From an uncultured bacterium (GTDB taxonomy: Bacteria > Verrucomicrobiota > Verrucomicrobiia > Verrucomicrobiales > DEV007), in assembly GCA_963977015.1 (NCBI GenBank), contig CAXBMO010000022.1:1-64000 (forward strand): DNA of 64,000 nt, read 5' to 3'. The notes under the pieces are model-generated. The model did no database searches, was not told the origin of the DNA, and was given only the letters and a program-made list of their open reading frames with translations. Position numbers and translations under genes: made by a program. Below are positions 19,153 through 28,927 of the stretch, piece by piece (position 1 is the stretch's first letter; every line of letters starts with the position of its first letter).

Positions 19153-20322
19153 ATGTCCAAGCTCAAAACATCCGTCAACCTCGCCGCCGCTCCTCTAGTG
19201 CTGCTGCTCGCGCTTTTTTTCGCGGGTCGAATGATCGCGTCGAAGCAACAGCCCGCCAGGAACCCGCCGAAGGTGGCCATTGCCCGGGTCGATGTGAACC
19301 GGGTTTCGCCGGAGACCGTGCGTCCGAAAATCTACACCTATGGCAACACCCAAAGCTACCTGACCACCACGCTCTCTTCTCAGGTGAGCGGTGAAATTCT
19401 AAAGATCGCTCCGAGCTTTGAAGTTGGCCTCACCGTCTCAAAGGGCGACCTGCTGGTCGAGATCGATGCCGCAGACTACGAGGCGATCCTGACAGAACGC
19501 CAATCCGCGCTGGCTTCCGCCGAGCAAACGCTGGCGGAAGAGGAAACGAACTCGCGCCTCGCTGCGGAGGACTGGGTCGACTCCGGTCGCAAGCTGGAAA
19601 CGGCCAGCGACTACACCTTGCGTAAACCGCAGTTGGCGGCAGCCAAATCAGCCGTCAGCGCAGCACGGGCGGCGGTCGACAAGGCATCGCTGGACGTAAG
19701 CCGGACGAAGATCACGGCGCCATTCGACGCCATCGTCGAATCGCGCACTGCCAGCCCCGGCAACGTCGTCACGAGTGGGGCCAACCTGGGCACTCTGGTC
19801 GCACGCAAGCGCATCGAAGCGCGCCTGCCGCTCACCCCCGAACAGGTCACACAGTTCGGGCTGGAGCAAATCAAGCGCACGCCACCGATCGCGCACCTCA
19901 CCACCACCACCCTGCCCGGCGTTACATGGGAGGCGAAGATTACCCGGGTCGAGCCATCGGTCGATGTCAAAAGTCAGACGTTGTGGGTGATCGCCGAGGT
20001 CGAAGATCCCTTCGCCAAAGCGGAGACCTTTCTACCGGTCGGTGCTTTCGTGAACGCGGTCATTGATGGCGAAGAGCTCGACGACGTGATCCGCTTCTCT
20101 GAAATCGCGGTGGTCGAGGACAGCTACGTGTGGGTTGTCAGCCCGGAAAACAAGCTGGTCAAACAGCCGCTCGAAATCGCCTACAGCAACGCCGGTGAAA
20201 TCCTCGCACGCATCGCGGCTCCGCTCTACGACTACCCGCTCAACGTTGTAGCGCGTCCACTGGCTTCGTTCCAGGCCGGGCAGCCGGTGCAGATCGCATC
20301 CCCCACCCTCACCTCGCTATGA
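19153..20322 (+). CDS. RND efflux periplasmic adaptor (MFP)
   Basis: N-terminal TM anchor; SQVSGEI, KGDLLVEID, TKITAPFDA lipoyl-like motifs; start corrected to ATG 19153. Confidence 0.92.
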   Translation: MSKLKTSVNLAAAPLVLLLALFFAGRMIASKQQPARNPPKVAIARVDVNRVSPETVRPKIYTYGNTQSYLTTTLSSQVSGEILKIAPSFEVGLTVSKGDLLVEIDAADYEAILTERQSALASAEQTLAEEETNSRLAAEDWVDSGRKLETASDYTLRKPQLAAAKSAVSAARAAVDKASLDVSRTKITAPFDAIVESRTASPGNVVTSGANLGTLVARKRIEARLPLTPEQVTQFGLEQIKRTPPIAHLTTTTLPGVTWEAKITRVEPSVDVKSQTLWVIAEVEDPFAKAETFLPVGAFVNAVIDGEELDDVIRFSEIAVVEDSYVWVVSPENKLVKQPLEIAYSNAGEILARIAAPLYDYPLNVVARPLASFQAGQPVQIASPTLTSL

Positions 20323-23300
20323 CCGACGAGCTTTCGCAACGGCATCCCGTCATCGCCTGGTTCGTCGGAAACCCGGTCGTCGCCAACCTGATGATGATCA
20401 TCATCCTCGCGTGGGGAATCTACAACGCGATGACGATTCGCAAGGAGGCGTTCCCGTCCTTCGATTCGGAATCGGTCACCGTCAGCGTGCCGTTCAATGG
20501 CGGCGTGCCGGAGGACGTCGAGCGCGGCGTCGCCATCAAAATCGAAGAAGCACTCCAGGGCGTCGACGGGATCGACCACATCAAATCGACCTCCAGTGAC
20601 ACCGGCGCCGTGGTAACGATCGAGGCGGTCGAGAACTACTCGCTGACGAAACTTTTCAACGAGATCAAAGTGCAGGTCGATGCCATTTCGACCTTCCCGG
20701 CCCAGGCAGAGAAGCCGGTCATCACCGAGAACCAGCGCCAGCACAACGTACTGTGGGTCGACGTGCATGGCGATGTGGAAGAGAGCTTGCTGAAAGAGAC
20801 CGCCCGCGCGGTGCGTGACGAGTTGCTGAAACTCCCGGACATCAACAGTGTCGAAACCGTCGGTGACCGCGACTACGAAATGTCGATTGAATTATCGGAG
20901 GACAAGCTGCGCCGCTACGACCTCACCTTCGATGACGTCTCGGCTGCGATCAGCTCCAACTCAATCGACCTGTCCGGCGGGTTGCTGCACTCCGCCCGGG
21001 GCGACATCTCGCTCCGCGCGCGTTCGCAGGCATACACTGCCGCCGATTTCGAGAAGCTCCCCCTGCGCACCACTGCCGACGGCGTGCGCATCCTGCTCGG
21101 CGACATTGCGGAGATCCGCGACGGGTTTGTCGATCAAAAGTTTCTCACCCAGTTCGATGGCGAACCCACCGTCAGCCTTCAGGTCACCACCGAAGGTGAC
21201 AAGGATATCATCAACGCCTCCGAGCAGGCTGCTGAACTCGCCGCAACGTATGAACAACGCTTCGGTCTTCCCCACGGCGTTTCCCTGACCGCGTGGAACG
21301 ATGGCGCCACACCGATCCGAAGCCGCCTCCAGCTCCTCACCAAGAACGGGATCCAGGGCATGATCCTCGTGTTGCTCTGCCTCAGCTTTTTCCTCAACCT
21401 CCGGCTCGCGATGTGGGTCGCGGTCGGCATTCCGGTGTCCATCGCCGGTGCGCTGATCCTGTTCGACATGCCGGGTATCGGCCTGTCCATCAACATGGTG
21501 ACCGCCTTCTCATTCATCGTCGTGCTCGGCATCATCGTCGATGACGCCATCGTCCTCGGCGAATCGATTTTCACTGAAAAAGAGGAGCAGAAAAATCCCG
21601 ACGGCCCCAATGCGGACATGCGTGCGACCATCCGTGGCGTCGCTCGCGTCGTCACCCCCGCCACTTTCGGGGTGCTGACCACCATCGCTGCTTTCTACCC
21701 GCTCACGCAGGTCTCCGGGCAAATGGGCAACGTCTTCGGCCAGATCGCATCGGGCGTAATCTGTTGTCTGATTTTCTCGCTGATCGAGTCGAAGCTGATC
21801 CTGCCATCGCACCTCGCCCACCTCAATGTGCACAAGCGCGCGACCAATGCAATCGCCCGCCTCTGGGCGAAAGCGCAATCGGGATTCACCGGCGCGCTCG
21901 AATGGTTCGTTCGCCGCGTTTACCGGCCCGTCGCCGCAGGCGCGATCGCTTACCGTTACCTTACGCTCGCCTGTTTTTTGGCCGTGTTAGTCATGGTCGG
22001 CGCATTGTTGCCCTCGGGAAAATTGCGTTTCGTCATCTTCCCTGACATTTTCAGCGATGAGATTTCGGTCACCCTCGAACTCGAGGAAGGCCTGCCGGTC
22101 GACGAACTCCACTCTCACACCCTGCGGATCGCCGAGGCGCTGCGTTCGTTGAACGAGGAGATCAAGAACGAAGTCGGCGAGAACGTGTTACTCCACCTGC
22201 ATGTCTCCGCGACGACCAACACCAAATCCAGCATCCGTGCCAGCCTGACGACCTCCGAGGAACGCTCGGTCGACACCGGCCAGATCGTCAACCGCTGGCG
22301 AAAGAAAGTCGGCACCATCGCCGGTGCGAAAGCGCTGAGCTTTTCCGGCACCGCCGGCCCGCCCGGACAAGGGCTCTCGATCCAGCTGGAGAGCAAGGAC
22401 CTCGATCAGCTGCGCGCGGCTGCCGACAGCTTGAAGGAAGTGGTCGCCACCTACCCCGGAATCCACGACGTCCAGGACAGCTTCAGCTCCGGTCGTCCCG
22501 AGATCCAAGTCGATCTGACCGAAGCAGGTGAAGCGTCCGGCTTCTCCCGCAGCGACCTCGCAGGCGCGGTGCGCGCCGCCTTCTATGGCATCGAATCCCA
22601 GCGCGTCCAGCGTGGCCGGGACGAGGTGAAAGTCATGGTGCGCTACCCGGAAGACGACCGCCGCCAGCTCGACACCCTGCGCCAGATGCGCGTCCGTGCC
22701 GACGATGGCACCGCGCTGCCTCTGTCGATCGTCGCCGAGACCACCTTCGGTGATTCGCTCGCGCAAATCGAACGCGCTGACTACAACCGCATCGTTTCGG
22801 TGCAGGCCGCCGTCGACCAGACCGTGACCTCCGGCGATGACGTTTTGGCGCGCCTCAGCGCCGAGTTCTTCCCCGATCTTTCTGCTGAATTCCCCACGGT
22901 CAACATCGCTCTGCGCGGTAGGGCCGAAGAACGCGGCCGATCGCTCACCTCCCTGGCAAATGGTCTCAAGCTCTCCGTCATCCTCATCTACATTCTCCTC
23001 GCCATCCCGCTGAAGTCCTACATCAAGCCGCTCTACATCATGTCCGTCATCCCCTTCGGCATCATCGGAGCGCTCCTGGGTCACTTCGTCGTCGGCATCC
23101 CGGTTTCGATTCTCTCCCTGTTCGGCTGCCTCGCCTTGTCGGGGATTGTCGTCAACGATTCGCTGGTGCTGGTGGCCCGGATCGACGACCTCCGCGCCGA
23201 AGGCATGAGCCTCCGCGAGGCCGTGCTCGAAGCCGGTCCGCAGAGATTTCGCGCCATCATGCTGACGACGCTCACCACCTTCATCGGCCTCGCGCCCCTG

Positions 23301-23507
23301 CTGCTCGAGACCAGCACCCAGGCACAGTTCCTGAAACCAATGGCCGTCTCCGTCGGGTTCGGCGTGATGTTCGCCACGGCGATCACCCTCATCCTCCTAC
23401 CGGTACTGATGATCATCATGGACGAAACCTTCGCCGCCTCCTTCAAATACTACGCCCGACTCCTCAAGGGGAAGCCGGAGGCGAAGCTAGTGGCGGAAAC
23501 CGAGTGA
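20319..23507 (+). CDS. RND efflux permease (AcrB/AcrD/AcrF family)
   Basis: 1062 aa; GIIVDDAIV proton-relay motif, GIVVNDSLV, RFRAIMLTTLTT; 4-bp overlap with the MFP gene. Confidence 0.96.
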   Translation: MTDELSQRHPVIAWFVGNPVVANLMMIIILAWGIYNAMTIRKEAFPSFDSESVTVSVPFNGGVPEDVERGVAIKIEEALQGVDGIDHIKSTSSDTGAVVTIEAVENYSLTKLFNEIKVQVDAISTFPAQAEKPVITENQRQHNVLWVDVHGDVEESLLKETARAVRDELLKLPDINSVETVGDRDYEMSIELSEDKLRRYDLTFDDVSAAISSNSIDLSGGLLHSARGDISLRARSQAYTAADFEKLPLRTTADGVRILLGDIAEIRDGFVDQKFLTQFDGEPTVSLQVTTEGDKDIINASEQAAELAATYEQRFGLPHGVSLTAWNDGATPIRSRLQLLTKNGIQGMILVLLCLSFFLNLRLAMWVAVGIPVSIAGALILFDMPGIGLSINMVTAFSFIVVLGIIVDDAIVLGESIFTEKEEQKNPDGPNADMRATIRGVARVVTPATFGVLTTIAAFYPLTQVSGQMGNVFGQIASGVICCLIFSLIESKLILPSHLAHLNVHKRATNAIARLWAKAQSGFTGALEWFVRRVYRPVAAGAIAYRYLTLACFLAVLVMVGALLPSGKLRFVIFPDIFSDEISVTLELEEGLPVDELHSHTLRIAEALRSLNEEIKNEVGENVLLHLHVSATTNTKSSIRASLTTSEERSVDTGQIVNRWRKKVGTIAGAKALSFSGTAGPPGQGLSIQLESKDLDQLRAAADSLKEVVATYPGIHDVQDSFSSGRPEIQVDLTEAGEASGFSRSDLAGAVRAAFYGIESQRVQRGRDEVKVMVRYPEDDRRQLDTLRQMRVRADDGTALPLSIVAETTFGDSLAQIERADYNRIVSVQAAVDQTVTSGDDVLARLSAEFFPDLSAEFPTVNIALRGRAEERGRSLTSLANGLKLSVILIYILLAIPLKSYIKPLYIMSVIPFGIIGALLGHFVVGIPVSILSLFGCLALSGIVVNDSLVLVARIDDLRAEGMSLREAVLEAGPQRFRAIMLTTLTTFIGLAPLLLETSTQAQFLKPMAVSVGFGVMFATAITLILLPVLMIIMDETFAASFKYYARLLKGKPEAKLVAETE

Positions 23508-23522
23508 TTCCAACTCGACGGT

Positions 23523-25268
23523 ATGGATGGTGCTCCGACATGGGGGGAAAGACTCTCCCAATACAAATGGGCCCTTCTGGCGATCTTGCTCTGCCAGCTG
23601 GGCCAGGTTGTCGCCTCCCTGCTTTTGCCGAGTTTCAGCGCGGATGTGATTGACACAGGGATTGGGTCCAAAAATCCGTCGGCCATTCGCTACTATGGCG
23701 GGCTCATGGGGATCGCGGCCTTGGCACAGCTCGTGTTGAGCGCCTCGGCGGTCTTTCTCGGCACATCGATTGCCTACCGCATCGGCCAGAGCCTTCGCTC
23801 CGATGTGTTCGGCAAGGTCCACAGCCTTGCGTTGTCGCAGGTGCAGGACTTTACGGTCGGCTCGCTCATCACCCGCTGCACCAACGATGTCCTTCAGGTT
23901 CAGTCGATGCTGATCATGACATTCACGATGATCGTGATCGCCCCCATCATGGGCGTGGGGGGTGCGATCATGGCGGTGCGTCAGGATGTTCAGCTTTCTG
24001 CGCTCTTGCTGATCGCGGTCCCGATCCTGGCCGCGATTATCGGTTTTCTGACATTCAAAGCCGTCCCGCTGTTTCAGCGCATGCAGACGCAACTCGATGG
24101 CGTGAACAGCATCCTGCGCGAGCAAATCGAGGGCATCCGCGTCATCCGCGCCTTTCTGCAACAGGCGCGCGAAAGCAGACGTTTCGGAACTGCGAATGCA
24201 GACCTGACCGGGACAGCGATCCATTCCGGCCGACTGATGGCGATGATCATGCCCTCCTTGACCGCTGTGATGCAGTTGACGTCTGTCGCCCTGATCTGGA
24301 CAGGCGCCAGCCGGGTTCGCGAAGGAGACCTGGAGATTGGCGCGCTCATTGCCTTTCTCTCGTATGTTGCGCTGATCCTCATCGCCGTGATGATGATGGG
24401 CCTGATGATTGTCATGCTGCCGCGTGCCCTGGTCAGTGGCAGGCGGATCACGTCACTGCTGCAAAGCCCGCTCGAAGTGGGGCCGCCATCGGATCCCAAG
24501 CCCCTGCCGCCACGTGGCTCCGGGCTGCACCTGAGGCTCGAGGACGTCGGGTTCGGCTATCCCGGCGCGGAAGCAAGGGTCATTGAAGACATCAGTTTCG
24601 ATCTTGGTCCGGGAGAGGTCCTGGGCATCATTGGCGCGACGGGTTCGGGAAAATCCAGCATTCTCAACCTGATCGCCCGTCTCAATGATCCAAACACCGG
24701 GCGGGTCACGCTGGGGGATGTCGATCTGCGAGAGATCGCGCCCCGGGAATTTTCCTCCCATATCGGTTACGTGCCGCAAAAGGCCTATCTGTTCTCCGGC
24801 ACCATCGCAGACACCCTACGGCTGGGAAACTCCGGGGCGGACGAGGCCGCGCTCTGGAAAGCACTGGAGATTGCGCAGGCCGCCGATTTCGTCCGTGCCC
24901 TGCCCGAAGGACTGTTGGCGCCGGTGGCCCAGGGCGGCACGAACTTCTCCGGCGGGCAGCGCCAAAGGCTCGCCATCGCGCGTGCGCTTGTCTGCGATGC
25001 GGATCTTTACCTCTTCGATGACAGCTTCTCCGCCCTCGATCAGGCGACGGATCGCAGGCTGCGCGCCGCACTCAGAGAAGCTGTCAGCCATGCGGCCACG
25101 GTGATTGTCAGTCAGCGCGTGGCGTCGATTCGGGATGCCGACCGGATTCTCGTCATCGAGAAAGGCCGTATGGTCGGTCTTTCGCCGCACGATACCCTGA
25201 TGCAGGAGTGTCCCGCCTACGCCGAAACCGTCCACTCGCAAGCCCGACCCGAAGAGGACGCAGCATGA
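23523..25268 (+). CDS. ABC exporter, fused TMD-NBD (degenerate-site half of a heterodimer)
   Basis: GATGSGKS Walker A, FSGGQRQR, Walker B LFDD (Asp in place of catalytic Glu), switch Gln (VSQR). Confidence 0.93.
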   Translation: MDGAPTWGERLSQYKWALLAILLCQLGQVVASLLLPSFSADVIDTGIGSKNPSAIRYYGGLMGIAALAQLVLSASAVFLGTSIAYRIGQSLRSDVFGKVHSLALSQVQDFTVGSLITRCTNDVLQVQSMLIMTFTMIVIAPIMGVGGAIMAVRQDVQLSALLLIAVPILAAIIGFLTFKAVPLFQRMQTQLDGVNSILREQIEGIRVIRAFLQQARESRRFGTANADLTGTAIHSGRLMAMIMPSLTAVMQLTSVALIWTGASRVREGDLEIGALIAFLSYVALILIAVMMMGLMIVMLPRALVSGRRITSLLQSPLEVGPPSDPKPLPPRGSGLHLRLEDVGFGYPGAEARVIEDISFDLGPGEVLGIIGATGSGKSSILNLIARLNDPNTGRVTLGDVDLREIAPREFSSHIGYVPQKAYLFSGTIADTLRLGNSGADEAALWKALEIAQAADFVRALPEGLLAPVAQGGTNFSGGQRQRLAIARALVCDADLYLFDDSFSALDQATDRRLRAALREAVSHAATVIVSQRVASIRDADRILVIEKGRMVGLSPHDTLMQECPAYAETVHSQARPEEDAA

Positions 25269-27133
25269 CCGCGACAGAAGAGCCAAAACTTGAAACCGTC
25301 TCAAGGACACAGACAAGCGCTCCCGGTCCCAGAACACCCGGCCGTTCCGTCGCAGGAGCGAAACCGAAAGATGCCCGGGATGCGGCGCGACGGGTCTGGA
25401 CGGCCTTTGGCCACAACCGGAAGATTCTGACAATTACGCTTTTCCTCAGCGTCGGTAGCGTGATCGGAAGTTCCGTGGGCCCCTGGCAGCTTGGTCATGC
25501 GACCGACCTTCTGGTCAGCGACGGCTATACGCTGTCGGCCCTCGTTCGCCAGCTTCTGCTCGTGGCAGCGATCTATCTCGTTGCGTCCGGCCTCAATTTC
25601 CTGCAGGCCTGGCTGATCAACGATCTGGTGCAAAACATGGGTCGCGATCTGCGCGAAGCGGCGCAAGCCAAGCTTGCCCGTGTCCCGCTCAAGTGGTTTG
25701 ACGCGCAGCCCCGCGGAGAGGTTCTGTCGCGCTTCACCAACGATATCGACAACATGATCCAGAACCTGCAACAGGTTGCCAGCCAGGCGATGTTGATGCT
25801 GATGACCGTCATCGGCGTGCTCGTCATGATGCTGCTGCTCTCTGTTCCCCTCGCTGTCGCGGCCCTGGTGGCGATCGGGGTCTCGATTGGGGCGACGCGC
25901 TTGCTGAGCCGCGCCGCGCAGCCGAAATATACCGAGCAATGGCGTGAAACGGGCCACTTGAACGCACTGGTGGAAGAGACCTTCACCGGCCAGGCGCTGA
26001 TCCGGGTTTACGGTGCGCGCGACCGTGTGGACCAGCAGTTTGCCGGGAAGAACAGCGCCCTGACCGCCGCAAGCATGAGGGCGCAGATTTTCGCCAGCCT
26101 GATCCAGCCGGCCACCATGTTCGTGAACAATTTTGCCTATATCGCAGTGGTCGTCTTCGGGGCGTTCCAGGTGTTGTCGGGCAGCCTCAGCCTCGGAGGG
26201 GTGCAAGCCTTCATCCAGTACATCCGCCAGATCGGTCAACCGATCTCGCAACTGGGCAGCATGGCCGCGCAGGTGCAGTCTGCCCTGGCATCGGCGGAGC
26301 GGGTCTTCGAATTGCTCGACGCGCCTGAAATGTCCACCGACGCGGCGGAGGAGGCGCGGCTGGAAACGCCAGTCGCAGGCCATGTTCGCTTCGAGCATGT
26401 CGGGTTTCGTTACCGCGCCGATCAGCCGCTGTTCGAGGACGTCAGTCTTGAGGCAGCGCCCGGTCAGATGCTGGCCATCGTCGGCCCGACCGGCGCGGGC
26501 AAAACCACACTGGTCAACCTGCTGATCCGCTTTTACGAGATCGACAGTGGGGTGATCCGTCTGGATGGCCAAGATATCGCCGCTCTGCCGCGCAAGGAAC
26601 TGCGCCGCGCCATGGCGATGGTGTTGCAGGACACGTGGCTCTTTACCGGAACCGTCCATGACAACATCGCCTACGGCAGCCCGGACGCGACCCGCGAGCA
26701 GGTCATCGCCGCCGCAAGGCGCTGCCATGTGGATGACTTCGTGCGCACCCTTTCAAACGGCTACGACACCGTTCTGGAAAACGGCGGAGGGAGCCTCTCG
26801 CAGGGGCAACGCCAGCTCATGACCATTGCGCGGGCCTTCCTGCTCGATGCCCCGATCCTCATTCTGGACGAGGCCACAAGTTCCGTCGATACACGCACCG
26901 AGATGCAGATCCAGACCGCCATGGCCGACCTGCGCCAGGGCCGCACCAGCTTCGTGATTGCGCATCGCTTGTCGACCATCCGTGACGCCGACATGATTGT
27001 GTACATGGAAAACGGAAACGTTCTCGAAACCGGAACCCATGACCAGCTCATGGCCTTGCAGGGAGGCTACTGGCAACTTCAGAATGGGCGCAAAGTTGAA
27101 TTCCGGAATGAAACGATTTCGAGGACCGCCTGA
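25265..27133 (+). CDS. ABC exporter, fused TMD-NBD (second half of the heterodimer)
   Basis: GPTGAGKT, LSQGQRQ, ILDEATS, AHRLST; ATGA overlap with the previous gene; GAGGA SD. Confidence 0.93.
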   Translation: MTATEEPKLETVSRTQTSAPGPRTPGRSVAGAKPKDARDAARRVWTAFGHNRKILTITLFLSVGSVIGSSVGPWQLGHATDLLVSDGYTLSALVRQLLLVAAIYLVASGLNFLQAWLINDLVQNMGRDLREAAQAKLARVPLKWFDAQPRGEVLSRFTNDIDNMIQNLQQVASQAMLMLMTVIGVLVMMLLLSVPLAVAALVAIGVSIGATRLLSRAAQPKYTEQWRETGHLNALVEETFTGQALIRVYGARDRVDQQFAGKNSALTAASMRAQIFASLIQPATMFVNNFAYIAVVVFGAFQVLSGSLSLGGVQAFIQYIRQIGQPISQLGSMAAQVQSALASAERVFELLDAPEMSTDAAEEARLETPVAGHVRFEHVGFRYRADQPLFEDVSLEAAPGQMLAIVGPTGAGKTTLVNLLIRFYEIDSGVIRLDGQDIAALPRKELRRAMAMVLQDTWLFTGTVHDNIAYGSPDATREQVIAAARRCHVDDFVRTLSNGYDTVLENGGGSLSQGQRQLMTIARAFLLDAPILILDEATSSVDTRTEMQIQTAMADLRQGRTSFVIAHRLSTIRDADMIVYMENGNVLETGTHDQLMALQGGYWQLQNGRKVEFRNETISRTA

Positions 27134-27208
27134 CAAAGCCCAACGCCGTCGTCGCCTTCGCCGAGGAAGAGGTTACGACTGTTTTTTCATTGCTGGATTT
27201 TCCTCATA

Positions 27209-28711
27209 CTAATGAGCCCTCCCACCGCGCTTGAGCGGCTCCCCTTTGTCGCCGCCGGCAGCGATCATTTGCGGAAACATGTCTTCCCACCATTTTTCGT
27301 AGGCGGCCGAAAGCGATTCAACGAGTTCCGGTTTCTCTGCTGCGAGATCGTTCTCGCAGGCCGGATCTTTTTTACTGTCAAAAAGCACCCATCGCTCCGC
27401 CGGGCTCACTCCCCAGTGAAACTGAGCGTTGTCGTCGGTATAGGTAGCTTTCCTCCGGCCATCGGCCACCAGATTCATCGTCGTGCATTGACTGGAATAC
27501 GGCTCGCAGGTCGGGTCTCCGCACGAGTGACTTTGCAGGAGCAGGTAATCGCCCTGACGCCCCCCAGCCATCGCATACTTGTGTAACGAAGCGAGCCCAC
27601 TGGGCCAGCGGGCGACGTGATGGAAGAGCATACGATCGTCATGCCAGGCAATCGGCGCATCCGCTTCCAGAAGAGGGCGCAGACTGAAGCCCTCCAGTCT
27701 CCCCTGCAAATCCGCCGGAATTTCCACTCCCGCGTAGTCGCACAGTGTCGGCAGCACATCGAGATGAGCAGTGAGATTGTCGACCTGATGCGGGCTCCAG
27801 TGCTTCGGCCATTTCCAGAAAGACATCGCTCTCGATCCGCCTTCCCAGATCGTGCATTTACTGCCACGCATTCCGGCGTTGTAGACGTCGAGTCCTTCGG
27901 TGACGCCGTTATCGTTCATGAAAACGATCATCGTATTGTCCTCCAGCTCGCGCTCTTTCAGGAAGCTCAGAATCCGTCCCACGTTGTAGTCGATATTTTC
28001 CACCATCCCGAGATAGGCGGCATGCTTTTCGGAAACGGCGTCCTTGTAAGGAGCGAGAAACTCCTCCGGAGCCGCGAGCGGTGCATGAGGCGAGTAGGTC
28101 GCGAGATAGCAGAAGAACGGCTTCTCTTTCGCGGTCGCTTCGTCGATGAACGTCATCGCATCATCGAAAAAGATATCCTCGCGATAGCCTTTCACCTTCT
28201 CGCGTTTGCCGTTCCGAATCATGAGCGGATCGAAATGATCGTGAGGCCCCTTCGCGTTGGTCGACGACCAATCAAAGCCACGGTCCGACGGGTTGTATCC
28301 CTTCCCGCCGCCGAGATGCCATTTCCCGATGAACCCGTTTTCATATCCTGCTCCCTTCAGCAACTGAGGCAGAAGTGTCGCCGACTGGAGAAGGTGCTCG
28401 CGAGGCTGGATCGTGTGAGTGACTCCGTTTCGGAATTCGTGCATCCCCGTCATGAGCGCTGCCCGCGTCGGAGAGCAGGATGGGCTCACATAGAAATTGT
28501 CGAAGCGAACGCTTTCATCGTGAAGCTGGTCGAGGTTCGGCGTTCTCAGCAGCGGATGCCCGTGTCGCCCCAGATCTCCGTAGCCCTGATCATCCGTCAG
28601 AATGAAGAGAATGTTAGGCTGATCCGCCGCAGTGGCGCCTCCGCTATATAGAAGAGCAAACGCCAGCGCAGCGAGGAGACTGCGGAAAGGTATCGGATTT
28701 CGACTTTTCAT
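27209..28711 (-). CDS. Arylsulfatase (S1), secreted
   Basis: PNILFILTDDQGYGD, CSPTRA, GKWHLG, NDNG; start set at MKSRNP, which begins a signal peptide. Confidence 0.94.
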   Translation of the reverse strand: MKSRNPIPFRSLLAALAFALLYSGGATAADQPNILFILTDDQGYGDLGRHGHPLLRTPNLDQLHDESVRFDNFYVSPSCSPTRAALMTGMHEFRNGVTHTIQPREHLLQSATLLPQLLKGAGYENGFIGKWHLGGGKGYNPSDRGFDWSSTNAKGPHDHFDPLMIRNGKREKVKGYREDIFFDDAMTFIDEATAKEKPFFCYLATYSPHAPLAAPEEFLAPYKDAVSEKHAAYLGMVENIDYNVGRILSFLKERELEDNTMIVFMNDNGVTEGLDVYNAGMRGSKCTIWEGGSRAMSFWKWPKHWSPHQVDNLTAHLDVLPTLCDYAGVEIPADLQGRLEGFSLRPLLEADAPIAWHDDRMLFHHVARWPSGLASLHKYAMAGGRQGDYLLLQSHSCGDPTCEPYSSQCTTMNLVADGRRKATYTDDNAQFHWGVSPAERWVLFDSKKDPACENDLAAEKPELVESLSAAYEKWWEDMFPQMIAAGGDKGEPLKRGGRAH

Positions 28712-28927
28712 TTCAGATAAAATGGATCGAACCATCGTAGCAGCATGAAGTTCCCATGCGCCAGCCTCTTTCCCGAAAGTTCTTGCGACTAAAAAACGAA
28801 AGCAGCCTCTTCTCGATTCCCTGGCCGAAAATGGCACATTTTTCACAGAGGAGCAGCTCTGGCCTGGTCCTTACCAATAAGGGGGCCCCCTCAAGCGCTA
28901 CGACGAAGCTGTTGTCCTTCGCGGATG

